Origin: Chiloscyllium plagiosum
Lineage: Eukaryota
Reading direction: 5' to 3'
Length of the DNA: 43,939 nt
Assembly (NCBI RefSeq): GCF_004010195.1
Contig: NC_057718.1
Location: 95,469,159 to 95,513,097 of the forward strand
The notes beneath the pieces were generated by a model. It searched no databases, was not told the DNA's origin, and saw only the letters and a program-made list of their open reading frames with translations. Of the stretch, positions 12,637 to 25,311 are shown in pieces. Position 1 is the stretch's first letter. Each line of letters starts with the position of its first letter. Both the position numbers and the translations under genes were made by a program.

Positions 12637-13649
12637 ATATCCTGTCGGAAAAAACATACAAAAATAAAAATAAATTATTTGATGTCACAAATTGATTTCT
12701 TATGTTTAATTCTGATCAAATTGCTTCTGCCACAAGTGATGATCACTAAGTAGCTAGTATTTCACTGTGTGGAATGTTTCTTCATATACATCCCAAGTTT
12801 AAAATAACAAATTCAGTTTTTCCACTGTTTACATTACTATGTAATGTGATGATATATATCAAATTTTCACCTGTTTATATTACATTTCATTAGAAGTTTA
12901 GTTATTATGATATGGAAACTTTATAAAAGCACTTCCATTAATTACTAAGTTTTTTGTTTTTAAAAATAGCATTAGATGAACTATTTCTATATATAAAGTA
13001 TGAGCTTGTAATTTGTTGATTAACAGTGATATGCAAACTGAAAAAACTCAGATTAAAATGAAAATTCTCATTCCTGTATATAGCCAAAATGGGAGTACAC
13101 AAACAGTAATAGATCAGTTTTCAATTTCAATGGATCAGGCATAGTAGGAAGTAATGGATTCCTCAGTTTATTCTGGAAGTGAGTTTTCAGGTCCTTGGAA
13201 CAAGCTGGGATAATTTGCTACTTTCCACTCTATTCTCATAGATCGTTATGTATGATGGTGCTTCAAAACTTTAAAATCAGTAATTACCTATTGCCTGTAA
13301 AAGGGGCATTTTGGAATTCAAGCAGTTCAAGTATATATTAAATTCACAGGCCCCTTTTTCACCCAAAATGCATATTTCACCATTGAATCAGTGGGTATAT
13401 TCTATTCTTGACGAATGTCAGAGAATTGAGTAGCATGATTTGTAACTTTGCTTGTAAGGCTGGATACACCATGATGTTCTATTAAATACCATTTTGATTG
13501 GAATGTTTAAACTGTTCTTCATAACTGGCAGATGCATGTAAATATTTTCTTAAAAGTACATGAATATAGTGCCTTTCATAACCTCAGGACGTGGTAGTAT
13601 CGTATTTTAGGAAGGGTAAATCTGTTTTCATTTACCCTGTTTGGGGGTT

Positions 13650-13780
13650 ACTTAATGGTCAGGTCATTGGAGGACTCTTACCTACTCTTCTTCAAAATAA
13701 GGATATCGTATCTCCAGCTGAGAGGTCAGTTAGGACCTTTTAACACATCATCCAAAAGACAGCAGTTTGGCAAAGCAATG
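13650..13780 (+). mobile_element. Decayed Deu-domain SINE remnant
   Basis: tttaacacatcatccaaaagacagca resembles the Deu-domain core also seen at 39808. Confidence 0.4.
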
Positions 13781-14494
13781 GTTTAAAATTGGTAATCTCA
13801 GCAACAGCTGAAGTAGCAGATTATATTGTTCAATCTAAATAAACAAATGTTAGATCTTTGTACACAAGGTTTCCAATTAATATCTTTGGAAAAGTATTGC
13901 TTTCCAGACATCCTTTGTCTCATTGTCCAATGATCAGTGGTTGAATTACATCTTCAGGCTTGATGTATGTGCTGAAGTTAAAGCATAGACGTTGGTCTAT
14001 CAAACAACTTGTAATCAAATTGCCTCCTTAATTTTGTAAAATGATCCAGGTATTTAACTACTTCATACCTCGATAGTGTAGTCAGTGAAGCTCTGCAGTG
14101 ATCACCACTTGATATTATTAATGTTACTGTAAATCACAGATGTAGTGCAAGGATGCCGAGTTAATATGGTAAAACATTGTTTTAAAATGTAACAACTTTT
14201 ATCTCTCATATAAAGGGTGGAATGTGCTTTCAGGTTGAAACCTGCATGCTTTGTTTTGTGTTTATACATAACAATCAATCCCTGTAAAGAACTGATGATG
14301 TTTCCAGAGACCTCAACTTATAAATTATGCATAATATAATTCATGTGATTATGAATGTAGTTTCCCAGGCACCAAATGCTATTTGTTCATTGTTTTTTCT
14401 TATGAATCTGGAATGAAACATTTGAGTATCTATTTAAAAATAAAAGTATGTGCTATCATGCAGTTTCATGCTTTTAAGTGTGAGCTCTAGGCCT

Positions 14495-15077
14495 TGTGAC
14501 GATGCTGTTCTTTTAACATGGTTATGCTGTCCTTGGCTTCCTTTTTCAGAGAGATCGTAAAAGCAGTGATTCCGAAAAATGGGTTTAACTAATTCAGAAT
14601 GCTTTCAATTTAAAAAAAAACTTGTACAATTAAAGGGGAGGGGCCAGTTCTCCCAGCTCAGTTTTACTCTGGTTTGGTTTTAGCAATCTGGCTGTTCACC
14701 GAAAGCAGATAGTTGTTGTGAAGCTGCTAGATTCAAAGAAGCAGGTCCATGCTTAAACTTAGAATACCTACAGTGTGGGAACAGGCCCTTTGGTCCAACA
14801 AGTTCACACTGACCCTCTGAAGAGTAACCCGCCCAGATCAAGTTCCTTATTTCTGTACATTTCCCCTGACTAATGCACCTAACGCTATTGGCAATTTAGC
14901 ATGGCCAATCTACCTAACCTACACATCTTTGGATTGTGGGAGGAAACCAGAGCACCCAGAGGAAACCCACACAGACAGAGGGAGAATATGCAAACTCCAC
15001 ACACACACAGTTGCCCGAGGCTGGATTTGAACCCAGGTCCCTGGTGCTGTGAGGCTGCATTGCTAATCTCTCTCTCT

Positions 15078-15116
<39 letters not shown>

Positions 15117-15414
15117 GTCTCCCCTGTCAGATTTTCTTTCTTTAACAAAGGGATGTTTATGGAAATTGTTACAAATATTTGGAACAGCATTAAGCTGGGA
15201 TAATCAGTTGCAATTTCTGTTATTCTGTATTCTTTTCTGTTTTGGCTGTGTTTCATTAGGTAGTCTTGAAAATAAATTCTGTTTTGTTTAGAAGGTTGAC
15301 CAGCTGCATCACTACTGGAATACCCATTTTACACCTGCTTAAAACAACCAGCAAAGTTAGAGTCTGGGCTACTTTCTTGAAACGTTTTGAGGGTGTCTGG
15401 TCTGGTCCATAACA
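14495..15414 (+). mobile_element. Solo LTR of an LTR retrotransposon, interrupted by a SINE
   Basis: Starts TGT and ends ACA, flanked by a 4-bp direct repeat GCCT (14491-14494 and 15415-15418). AATAAA at 15271 and an internal (CT)n tract. Confidence 0.65.
14760..15066 (-). mobile_element. HE1/V-SINE-type SINE nested in the solo LTR
   Basis: Same core as the 8035 copy, with B-box-like ggttcaaatcc on the minus strand. Confidence 0.85.
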
Positions 15415-15574
15415 GCCTTTATTTTTCCATTGGCTGATTTTTGTGGCCTTTCCATCTTGTTTTCTGTTTGACCTTTGGAATACTTGAACTTTTCTCTGCA
15501 TCAAATGCTGCAATGAATCCCTAGTTTCAGTAAACAGTTATTTTGGCATTCCATGGAACAGATAATTAAATTAA

Positions 15575-15695
15575 TGCAAAGAACTTCAGAAAGCTGAAAC
15601 ACATTATAAGTACCTGAAGGGTCACTGTTAACTCTGTTTTCTCCCCTCAGATTATGCCAGACCTGCTTAGTTTCTCAAGTGATTAGTTTTCTTGT
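15575..15695 (+). mobile_element. Old Penelope pseudo-LTR remnant
   Basis: gaagggtcactgttaactctgttttctc..cagattatgccagacctgct resembles the gatgctgcctgacctgct pseudo-LTR motif. Confidence 0.4.
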
Positions 15696-16867
15696 TACTA
15701 AATTAATAGTTTGCAAAAACTAATAGTTTTTAATTTGTTATTATTGATGCCACCACAATATGATGAAAGTCAATACTGGGATCAAAAGGAAAAATAATCA
15801 TCCCAGTGATAATGTGTGTTGTTAGGCATGTTAAACAGAGCTCGCAAAATTATTTATCTCTTATTATTGACCCTGAGCATACCATAAACATGTGCTGAGT
15901 GGCTGAAACATATAACCTCTCCAGTATTTTAATACATGGCTGTAAGGTTTGTTTAAAGCACTCTTTAAAGCAGGATATTTCGATGCAATGAATTTGCAAT
16001 CCTTTTCGAAAAGAATACCTCACCCTAAGATGTGACATCATCCATGGAAAGTTTGCCTTTGTTTAAATTTGATATGTATTTGTGCTAATTTATGTAAACC
16101 ATGTCTTATTTACACCTTGCATCAACATCTATGAATGCACTAAGGAAGAATACGCCTACAACTTCATTATACAAGTGAAAGAATACGCCTCTTTCAACCA
16201 CTGTCCAAGTCTGTTAGAATTTGAAGTAGGGTTGTTTTCTAGGCAACTGCTGAGACATCGTGAATCCCAAGTTTGATACCATGTTAAAAATAAAGGTTTA
16301 TTCCAGCTGCCCAAAACAGCATTCTGCAGTCTTAATCTAAGACCCAATTGCAGTTGCATCAATATGACCCTTTCTACTCGAGGGTACTGGCATCAGGAAG
16401 GAGGGAAACCAGTGCCTGTAAACTCCCTTTTGGTGAATGTATTCTGGGTTCTGATGGAGCAGCAGCTCTCTGAGATATGGCGGGGGGGGTCCTGGCGAAG
16501 GACCAATATTGGTCACTTAAGTGTCTGAAGGGCATCTCTCTTCTTGAATACTCCTGATTATTTCATTTTCTGCTTCCAATAAGAGGCATCTCAAAACTCA
16601 AATTGTAATAGATGATGTGTTACAACAGCAAGTGAAAAACCAAGCTTTGAACTTGCCAACTCAGCTACTACTGTGCAGAAATTTTTATGTTAGCCTCTAC
16701 ATTAGTTAGTTTTTCGAACCATTTACAGCACTTTCATACATTAGGAAGTAAATATGGAGCAGAACAGTGCTATTGTTTGAAGAAGTTAGAAGGAAAGCTT
16801 CTACTAGTAAAAGTTTCCATTATCTTGGGAAATACGAGAGTTTTAAAAAAAGTTTTCAGTATTTAAA

Positions 16868-16873
16868 TTTATT
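16868..16873 (-). promoter_or_regulatory. Candidate LRRN4 polyadenylation signal (AATAAA)
   Basis: TTTATT on the + strand about 190 nt past the LRRN4 stop. Another copy lies at 16297-16302. Confidence 0.3.
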
Positions 16874-17061
16874 TAAATGGTTCATTTGAAATCAATGTAT
16901 CTTATACACGTTTTGAAATGTCTTTTTATAAATTACATGACTTGAATGACCACTGAAATTGATGAGATGTAAGCAAGACTAAAATATTGCTCTGAAGAAT
17001 TGTTTTGCTACATTTAGGCATCAATTTTAAATAGAATTGTGTTTTGTTTTAAATTGTGGCA

Positions 17062-18343
17062 TCAAGGAATCTCTTCAGAATCTGCACTTATTGTGTCAAT
17101 TGTTCTTGGATCTTCCATTTCCAAGTGATTGTCAAATGCTGGATTTTGCAAAGTTAGAGGATCCAAGCTTATACGAGAAAAGTCCGTTAATCGTCCCTTT
17201 TGACGAATTCTGCACAGGCAAACTGATAATATAATCACCAATATGAAGAGAATGACGATAATTACAGTGGAAACTATATAAAATATGTTGTTGTAGTTTG
17301 GCTTAGTCTTGAAAATATAGCAAGGGCCTTTTGAAGGCCAGATACTGCTTGCAGCACTGGATCCTGCTTTATTCACAGCCACCACACAAGTGTGGTATGT
17401 GCTGTCTGAGGTAAGATCATGTAATGTATATCTTCGATATGTAGGATTGATGTTGTCTGTCTTGTACAATTGTCTGTTGTCATCTGATTGATAGATAATA
17501 TAGTAATGGAGGACTGTAGAACTGGGGGCACACCAGTAGATTTCTGCTGAGTTGTCTGAAATCTTAATCACCTTCTGTATTTTCACTGGGTCTGGTGGGA
17601 TATCTGGCCCAGATATGCCAGGACAGCTGCAGCCTGTCAAATGTTGCAAGTCATGGCATGGTACCTGCCAGTGTCTGCATGGGTCATAATTGCAATCACC
17701 AACCTGCATGAGCCTTGTAGTCTCCACTTCTTTTAGAGACTCCAAATTGTCATCTTCAGTTATTATAAATATGGGTCCCTTTTTAATGACAGGAGCGATC
17801 GAGGGGAATTTTGGGAATGCCAATGATGCTATTGTTGCGTGATGTTTTGCCCCTGATGGGTGTGTTGTGCTGGTTGGGTAATGCTTGGTTGTGTATGGAT
17901 AATGCTTGTTCGAAGTTGTGTCATGTTTGATCCCAGTTTGATCTTTGGCAGTAGTTGACCTTGTTTTTGAAGCTTTCACCCTTGATTTACTTTTAGCCGA
18001 GCTTTGATCATTTTGTCTGCTGCGTGCTTCAGTTTGTAATGTACCTGGATTCGAATTGGAATACAAGCCATGGGAAGCAAATGTATTCAAGAGGTCAGTA
18101 CTATTTGGAGATGGTGGGCTGATACTAAATTGGACTGGTAACTTGCCGCTCGTTGTTGTGTCTTTGTCACCTAAAGAATAGTGGAATCCTGCTATTGTTA
18201 GTTTTGGGAGTTGAGTTTGTACAGTACTTGCTTCAAGCTGCAGTTCCTGTGTTTGATTTCCATTAATATTGCACTCGTTTATGAGAGCTGTCAATAAAAT
18301 TTCTCCCTGTGCACCATTCTTGAGACATCTGGTGTCACTTGTC
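17062..18343 (-). CDS. LRRN4: LRRN4 last coding exon: Ser/Thr-rich stalk, Cys-rich CDYDPC-type motif, FN3 domain, TM helix, short cytoplasmic tail
   Basis: ataacag| (R)TSDTRC... in frame with the 410-aa ORF. Contains CNYDPCRHWQVPCHDLQ..CSCPGISG, FN3 (WCAPSS...YHTCVVAVNKAG), TM IFYIVSTVIIVILFILVIILSVCLC and an NPAFD tail; TGA at 17062. Spliced CDS is 2355 nt (784 aa). Confidence 0.92.
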
Positions 18344-18510
18344 CTGTTATGGGTGGAGAGAGAAAGTTAAAATATCAAAAAAATGAAGCTTAAGCTTAAT
18401 GATTTGATCATTGATTAACAGTACAAAACATTAGGTTTCAGCTTTTTTTACAACAATTGAACTTGTGCAGAAATATGGTGCAATTGATTTACTGAACAGT
18501 AATTTGTGCC

Positions 18511-18609
18511 GGGGAAAGTGAGGACTGCAGATGCTGGAGAACAGTAGAGAGTGGTGTGCTGGAAAAGCACAGCAGATTAGACAGCATCCGAGGAGCAGGA
18601 GAGTTGATG
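18511..18609 (-). mobile_element. Single-arm family-A pseudo-LTR 3' end
   Basis: gaaagtgaggactgcagatgctggag...gctggaaaagcacagcag, flanked by direct repeat TTGTGCC (18504-18510 and 18610-18616). Confidence 0.75.
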
Positions 18610-18724
18610 TTGTGCCACTCTTGGACACAGCACTCTTGTCAAGATTATTGAGTTTGTGAAGAATGTCGATGCCAACAGGAAATAGAAAAGCAGTCAATGC
18701 CCACTACTCTTGCAAAAAAAAATC

Positions 18725-19190
18725 CAAGGATGTTACCAAGAGTTAGGAGGCTTTGAGCAGTAGGGAGAGGCTGAATAGGCTTGGGCTATTTTCCCTGGAG
18801 CGTTGGAGGCTGAGGGGAGATCTCTTGGAGGTTTATAAAATCATGAGAGGTGTAGATAGGGTGAATAGCCGTGATCTTTTCCCCAGGGTGGGGGAGTCCA
18901 AAACTAGCAGACATAAGTTTAAGGTGAGAGGGGAAAGATTTAAAAAGGACCTAAGGGGGAACATTTTCACGCAGGAGATTGTATGTGTGTATGTGGAATG
19001 AGCTGCCTGAGAAAGTGACAGAGGCTGATACAATTACACAATTTACAAGTTATCTGGATAGGTGTATGAAGAGGAAGGATTTGGAGGGATATGGGCCAAA
19101 TGAGATAAGATTAAATTTGGATATCTGGTCACCATGGATGAGTTGGGCCGGAGGGTTTATTTCCATGCTGTATAGCCTCTATGACTCTTA
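18725..19190 (+). mobile_element. CR1/HER1 LINE 3' fragment
   Basis: ERLNRLGLFSLERWRLRGDLLEVYKIMRG...WNELP with a ctctatgactct tail. Confidence 0.9.
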
Positions 19191-20497
19191 CTATAGGAGC
19201 TATAAGAGTCATTCACTACCCAAATTTTCTGTTGGCAATTTTGTAATTAGCACTGGAGCTTTAACTATTAATACTTTGTCTTGACCTTGTGTTGCTCAGA
19301 ATGCTCTGCTCACAGAATTGCAGAATTAGATCATTCAGCCCATCTTGACTGTGCCTGCTCTAGGCATTTTGGCTTTGTGCCAATCTCCTGTCTTTTCCTC
19401 ATAACCCTGAAAGTTGTGCAGTGCTCACACTCTATACCATTTGTATGTTGTATTAAGGCCACAAGCAAAAGCATGGGATATGATTGCATGATCATTTTAT
19501 AAACTGAATATTGTGCTTTACAGAAATTTGAACAACTTTATTGTTTTAAAAATGTTCTAAGTCAGTGCTGTATAGCACAGTAATACCTATGCTAAAGGTG
19601 ATTATTATAAAGAGTGCTCTTCATAGCTGTTACATTTGCTTGTTGTTTACCTTGTCAATTTAAAAAAAAATCTTCTGTCATTTCATATGTTTATACATGG
19701 CAAAACTTTGAATGGAAACAGCATTAAACTGTAGCCGCAATGTTTAAAACCATTTATAGATTGTTGTTTGATATATACTAATGGAAAATATCTTTTGGGT
19801 TGCATAGTAGAATGTTTGTATTGCTTCAGTCTTCCGCTATGGGAATTAGTCCATTTGAGGAATCTTTTTCCATAGTTAAGTGTTTTTTTTTAAAAAGCCT
19901 GAAGCAAAGTTACATTAGTCAGTACAGATGTCTTTCATGGATTTGATATTGCTTGGTAGAATTATTCACTCTGGTCCTGCTGTTTTCCTTAATTGAAATT
20001 GTGGGCTAAACAGCTAGCACACATTTGTTAAAGGCAAGTCAGCTATGTTAAAAGTAATTACCTGAAACAAAACATAATCATGCAGATGTGTTGTTGCTCA
20101 TGCTTTAACACTGTAGAATTATATTCAAAATTGTAGAGTAAAAGCACAATGGTTTCTGTTGGTCATTGTTCAGACCAGATACATATTTTCCATTTATAGA
20201 TAGTGCTTTTAACAATCTATTATATTCACTATATATGGCTACCTTTATGATTATTACTATTTGTTAAACAATTAAATGTTAAGCTGGTGCAGTTGTTGTT
20301 ATTCAAACAGCATGACTAGCAGACTGCTTTCACTACCTCCCTTAAACTCGTCTTTGTCAAAAGCCTGAATTTTACTTGTAAAAATGTTTTGTGTGTGGTT
20401 TTCCTTACTTTCGCCTTGTACCCAGGTGAACTGACTTGCTTTGAGTTTTGGAAATAACGTTGCTGCTATTTCTGGTGAATCTAAAAAAGATTCTTAC

Positions 20498-20635
20498 CTT
20501 TTTAGTAGTACTTTGTCTGGTTGAGTCAACAGCCAGGTGAGCTCACAGCTACAAACTAGGGGATTTTCAGAGAGGATTACTCTGACAGTTGAATTGGTGA
20601 AGAAATTCCATGGTCTGAATTCTGTCAGGTTACAA
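20498..20635 (-). CDS. LRRN4: LRRN4 third coding exon (LRR C-terminal cap)
   Basis: catttcag| (S)CNLTEFRPWNFFTNSTVRVILSENPLVCSCELTWLLTQPDKVLLK AG|gtaaga. 138 bp with the NPxxCxCxLxWL LRRCT motif. Confidence 0.9.
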
Positions 20636-22398
20636 CTGAAATGGAAGAAAGTAACACGTTTTCACATGTTTTTGTTGACTGGTTCAATCTTTATTCATCC
20701 TATTAGATAAATTGCATGTTTTACCTGAGAGTCAAAAGTTCTGAATGTGCAAATCATTCAATGTGTTGTCAACCTATTGGAACAGGTTTAATTCAAATTT
20801 AGGAATGCAGGACAATTCTTTTAAAACAAAAGGTCTTTCAAAGGATATAGGGATCAGTGACATTTATTGCCTATCTCTAAATTCCTCTTGAACTGATGTG
20901 GCTTGTCGGAGCCATTTCAGAGGCACTTTCCTGCTTACCAATCCAGTGACATTAACTCATAAGTCCAGGCTAATGCTGTGGGGATGTGGGCATGAGTCTC
21001 ACCACAGCAGCAGGTAGAATTCAGTTCACCAAAAAGAAACTAACTGACTCTTATGAACAGACCGTTTTATAGACTGTCACTTCCAGACCCTTGAAAACTT
21101 TCTTCTGGAATAAGTGAGTGCATTTTCACGCGAGCAAGAGGGTAGGAGTTAATTTTATGTACAAATTCCACTACAACTTGTCATTTGTTCACAACTCAAT
21201 TTAAAGTAGTCCGGCTTAACTATAAATATTTTCTGAATGTATTCTTCAGACAGTAGTAAAAGCAGCAAGGCTATAGTGTGTATAAAGTCTGTTTTGCTAA
21301 CATGAGTGAAGGAAGTAGTGTCTTAATTGAGAAAATGTGCCCCATTACTTGAAAACATGACGCTCCGTAGGAAATTCTGAATTAATAACATGGATAGAAA
21401 GGACATTTCCATGGTGCTATTTCAAAATTAAACATGTTGCGAAGAAATCATTATATAATTGTTTTTGCTTTGGATCACCATTTTAAAGTGTTAGCCAGGA
21501 ATATAAAAACAGTTGGTCACATAGAAAGTCAAGACTGGAGGATTAAAAATAGAAAATAAGGAAGTGGCAATTGAATTGGACAGATATTTTGCATCAGTCT
21601 CCGCTAACGAGGACACAATAATATCACAGAGACAGAGCCTTGATCAGATAATGGAGGAATTCGAGGAAAATGTCAATCACCAAAAAAGCAGAATGAGGTG
21701 AATTTTGAAGATGTGGTCTGACAGGTTTCTGGGTCTTAATGCACGTGATCCTAGACTCTTCAAAGAAATGGCTAATGGGATAATTGATGCTTTACTTTTA
21801 ATCTTTTAGAACCTCTTTGGTTTGAGGGTAATCCAGTTAGATTTAAGGTAACAAATTTAACTCCTTTGCTCAAAAAGGGAGGGATACAGAAAGTAGGAAA
21901 CTCCAGGCCATTTACCTTACCATTTATCATTAGGAAGATGCTAGTAGCTTTTAAAAATAAGTTACAGCTGGGCACTTGGATAAGTTCAAAGCAATCTGCA
22001 GCGTCACCATCATTTTGTGAAAGAGAAATCATGTTGGATCAAACTGTTGCAGTTCTTTAAGGAGGTAACGTGCTATGGATAAAAGGGAGCTGGTATATCT
22101 ACTGTATTTAGATGTCCAGAAGATATTTGGTAAAGTGCCATATCAAAGCCTTTGTGAAAGAGAAAAGCTAGGGGCTTTAGAGGGTCACATTTGGTATGGA
22201 TAGAAAATTGGCTACAAGGGAATAGAGAATTTGTATAAATGGGTGATTTTTAGGTTAGTGACATGGAAAGTATGGTGTGCCACAGAGATGAAGGCTGAGA
22301 CCAACCTCAACTGTTTCAAATTTATATAAATTGAAAGAGGGATGAAGCAATGGAAGGTACGGTGGCCAAATTTGCTTATGACACTAACATAGGTAGGA

Positions 22399-23102
22399 GA
22401 AAGTGAGGTCTGCAGATGCTGGAGATCAGAGCTGGAGATGTGTTGCTGGAAAAGCGCAGCAGGTCAGGCAGCATCCAGGGAACAGGAGAATCGACGTTTC
22501 GGGCATAAGCCCTTCTTCAGGAATGAGGAAAGTTTGTCCAGCANNNNNNNNNNNNNNNNNNNNNNNNNNNNNNNNNNNNNNNNNNNNNNNNNNNNNNNNN
22601 NNNNNNNNNNNNNNNNNNNNNNNNNNNNNNNNNNNNNNNNNNNNNNNNNNNNNNNNNNNNNNNNNNNNNNNNNNNNNNNNNNNNNNNNNNNNNNNNNNNN
22701 NNNNNNNNNNNNNNNNNNNNNNNNNNNNNNNNNNNNNNNNNNNNNNNNNNNNNNNNNNNNNNNNNNNNNNNNNNNNNNNNNNNNNNNNNNNNNNNNNNNN
22801 NNNNNNNNNNNNNNNNNNNNNNNNNNNNNNNNNNNNNNNNNNNNNNNNNNNNNNNNNNNNNNNNNNNNNTCAGCACTGCCTTCCTAACCTGCAATCTTCT
22901 TCCCGACCTCTCCGCCCCCACCCCCGTCTGACCTATCACCCTCACCTTTACCCTCTTTCCACCTATCACATTTCCGACCCCCTCCCCCAAGTCCCTCCTC
23001 CCTACCTTTTATCTTAGCCTGCTGGACAAACTTTCCTCATTCCTGAAGAAGGGCTTATGCCCGAAACGTCGATTCTCCTGTTCCCTGGATGCTGCCTGAC
23101 CT
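22399..23102 (-). mobile_element. Family-A Penelope pseudo-LTR inverted-repeat insertion (centre in an N gap)
   Basis: Arms 22461-22543 and about 23020-23102 are reverse complements. 15-bp TSD CTAACATAGGTAGGA at 22384-22398 and 23103-23117. Confidence 0.88.
23038..23075 (+). ncRNA. Minimal type I hammerhead ribozyme motif (mirror copy on the minus strand at about 22488-22525)
   Basis: CTGAAGA-A-GGGC ttat GCCC-GAAA-CGTC: intact CUGANGA and GAAA boxes, a 4-bp stem II, a palindromic ACGT stem III and a GUC cleavage triplet. Stem I is weak. Confidence 0.75.
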
Positions 23103-25169
23103 CTAACATAGGTAGGAATCTAACTTGTAAAGAGGCTACAAAAATATGAGTTAAGCTAATGGGTGGAGATGTGCCCAATGGAGTATGATGTGGGGAAAAT
23201 ACAAAAGGGGGAGGTTGTCTTCTGAAGAGAAATTGGTCCAGTTAGGCTTGTATCTCTTGGTGCTTACAAACTTAAGTGGTGACTTGACTGAAGCATGAAA
23301 GACTTTGAGGGATCTTGTTAGGGTAGATGTGGAAAAGATGCTTCCACTGGAACTCAGAGTCATTGTTCTAAAAGCCAGGAGTTGCCAATTTTAAAAGCAG
23401 GAGGTGTGATTTATTTTCCTGAAAAGTTGGTAGAAGCAGAGTCCTTAAATATTTTTTAGGCAAAGGTAGAGAGATTCTTGAGAAGCAAGTGATGAAAGGT
23501 TATCAGAGTAGATGGTGAAGCGGATTTGAGGTCATAATCAGATCAGCCATGATCTTTCTGATAGGTAGAGCAGGCTTGAGGGGCTGAATGATTTACTCCT
23601 GGTCCTAAGGTCGTACGTAAGTCTTGTATCAGTGAGTATAAATCATTGAAAACATTTAACTGTTATATTTAGCTTTGAGAAAGGGGTCTTTTCTTGACAA
23701 CAGCATTAAGTATTGAATTGATGAATAGCTGCCAGAGTATCATGAACCTGCAAGCAAAATCCATGGAAATATTTATGAAGGTTACTCCAAATATGACAGA
23801 AATAGCTACCTAGTGTGAACAGTTCTTGCTAAAAAAGTGCTTTCTTGTCCTGCAGATCCAACGGTGAAAACTTGTGGCCACTAAACGTATGCATATAAAG
23901 ATATTTTTATGAATAAAGCATATTTTTGAAATAAAAAAAGTTGTAAGACTTATAGTTCTGTGAATGATATTTTTGTTTTGTGTTGCAATGTTTCCTGGAT
24001 GCTGTAATACCTTGCTGTCCATTTAGTAAGGAAGCATGTGTGTAAGTACTTATTTGCTATTTACGGTCTCCTACCATCAGTAGACTCTTCACATATGAAC
24101 ATTATATATTGTACTAGCTGAAATGTGCTTGTTTCTTTCTACAGTTGTTTCTAAATTTGTGATACAGATTATTCTCTTTGTGTGTCACAATGCTGGCTAA
24201 ATGTATCCTGTTTGGAATGGCTCTGTTATTGTATCCTTCATGTAGTTTGTAAGGCGCTATAGTATTATGGAGTTCCCTGTTTTAACCAGCGCAGCCTGCT
24301 AACAGCTTGTTTTCAGTTACTAGATAATTTCAATAAATAATTTTAAAGAAAAGTTTAATTCCATTTAAAGTATCTGAATGATGGGATTTTGTTTTTTTTC
24401 TTGTGCGCTGTTACCAACAAAAGACAATGAATTTGAGGAAGGAAATGTTGCATTTCTGTAACATCTCTCACAGGCTTAGTGCTGTTAAAAATACTTTACA
24501 GCCAATTACGTGTTTTTGAGTATAGTCACTATTGAAAAGTAAAAACCTGGCAGCTTAATTTGAATATAGAAATCTCCTATAAACAGTTCAGTGATTTGTT
24601 GATATTATTTGTGGAATAATTATTTCATTCTCCAAAATCAGTACCATGAAAATCTTTTATGCCCACTTGAGAGAAGATGGCCTCTCTTAATACCACAACT
24701 GCATATACCTGACTGTTTAGCACTCCTGCAGTGCAGGACTGTTGGCCTAACTTAAGTGCTATTAACTAAGAGGGTAATATGTGTGTATTTAGTGTTGTAT
24801 AGATTTTAAATAGAATGCATTTGGTCATTTTCATTAGTAAAGACGAATGGTAACCCTGTAAAACTTCTGCATTATGCTCAATTAAGATTGGTAAAAATGT
24901 CTATCAATGCAGCTTAGATTTGATTCTTCCATACATTGTGATTGCCGAGAATGATGACTATAGGTTTCCCACTGCTGATGTGACCAGGTTAAAGACATGA
25001 TTTAAGATAGCATGCAAGAAACATTTGGACCTAAGTATGCAATTTTGAAATCATATATTTATGCCAATATAGTAAAGATATCAAATAACATTGAGTGTAT
25101 TTAATATATTATAAGGAAATGTCAAAAAAGTAAGACATCGCTATGACAAAAATCCATCCATTTGCTATC

Positions 25170-25311
25170 TTAGAGTCATACAGCATGGAAGCATGTCTAA
25201 CCAGTCTATGCTGACCATAATCCCAAACTAAACTAGTCCTACCTGCCTGTTCCTGGCCCATATCCCTCCAAACCTTTTCTATTCATGTACTAATCCAAAT
25301 GTATTTTAAAT
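25170..25311 (-). mobile_element. CR1 3' end, left part (split by the Penelope insertion)
   Basis: agagtcatacagcatgg...ggcccatatccctccaaacc; continues collinearly at 29257. Confidence 0.8.

Larger units (their letters stand above)
21400..23620 (+). mobile_element. Highly decayed CR1/L2-group LINE ORF2, interrupted at 22399-23102
   Basis: TPLLKKGGIQKVGNSRP, YLD.QK.F.KVP, GVPQ and KFA(Y)DT remnants, with a gatcagccatgat 3' motif. Confidence 0.7.
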
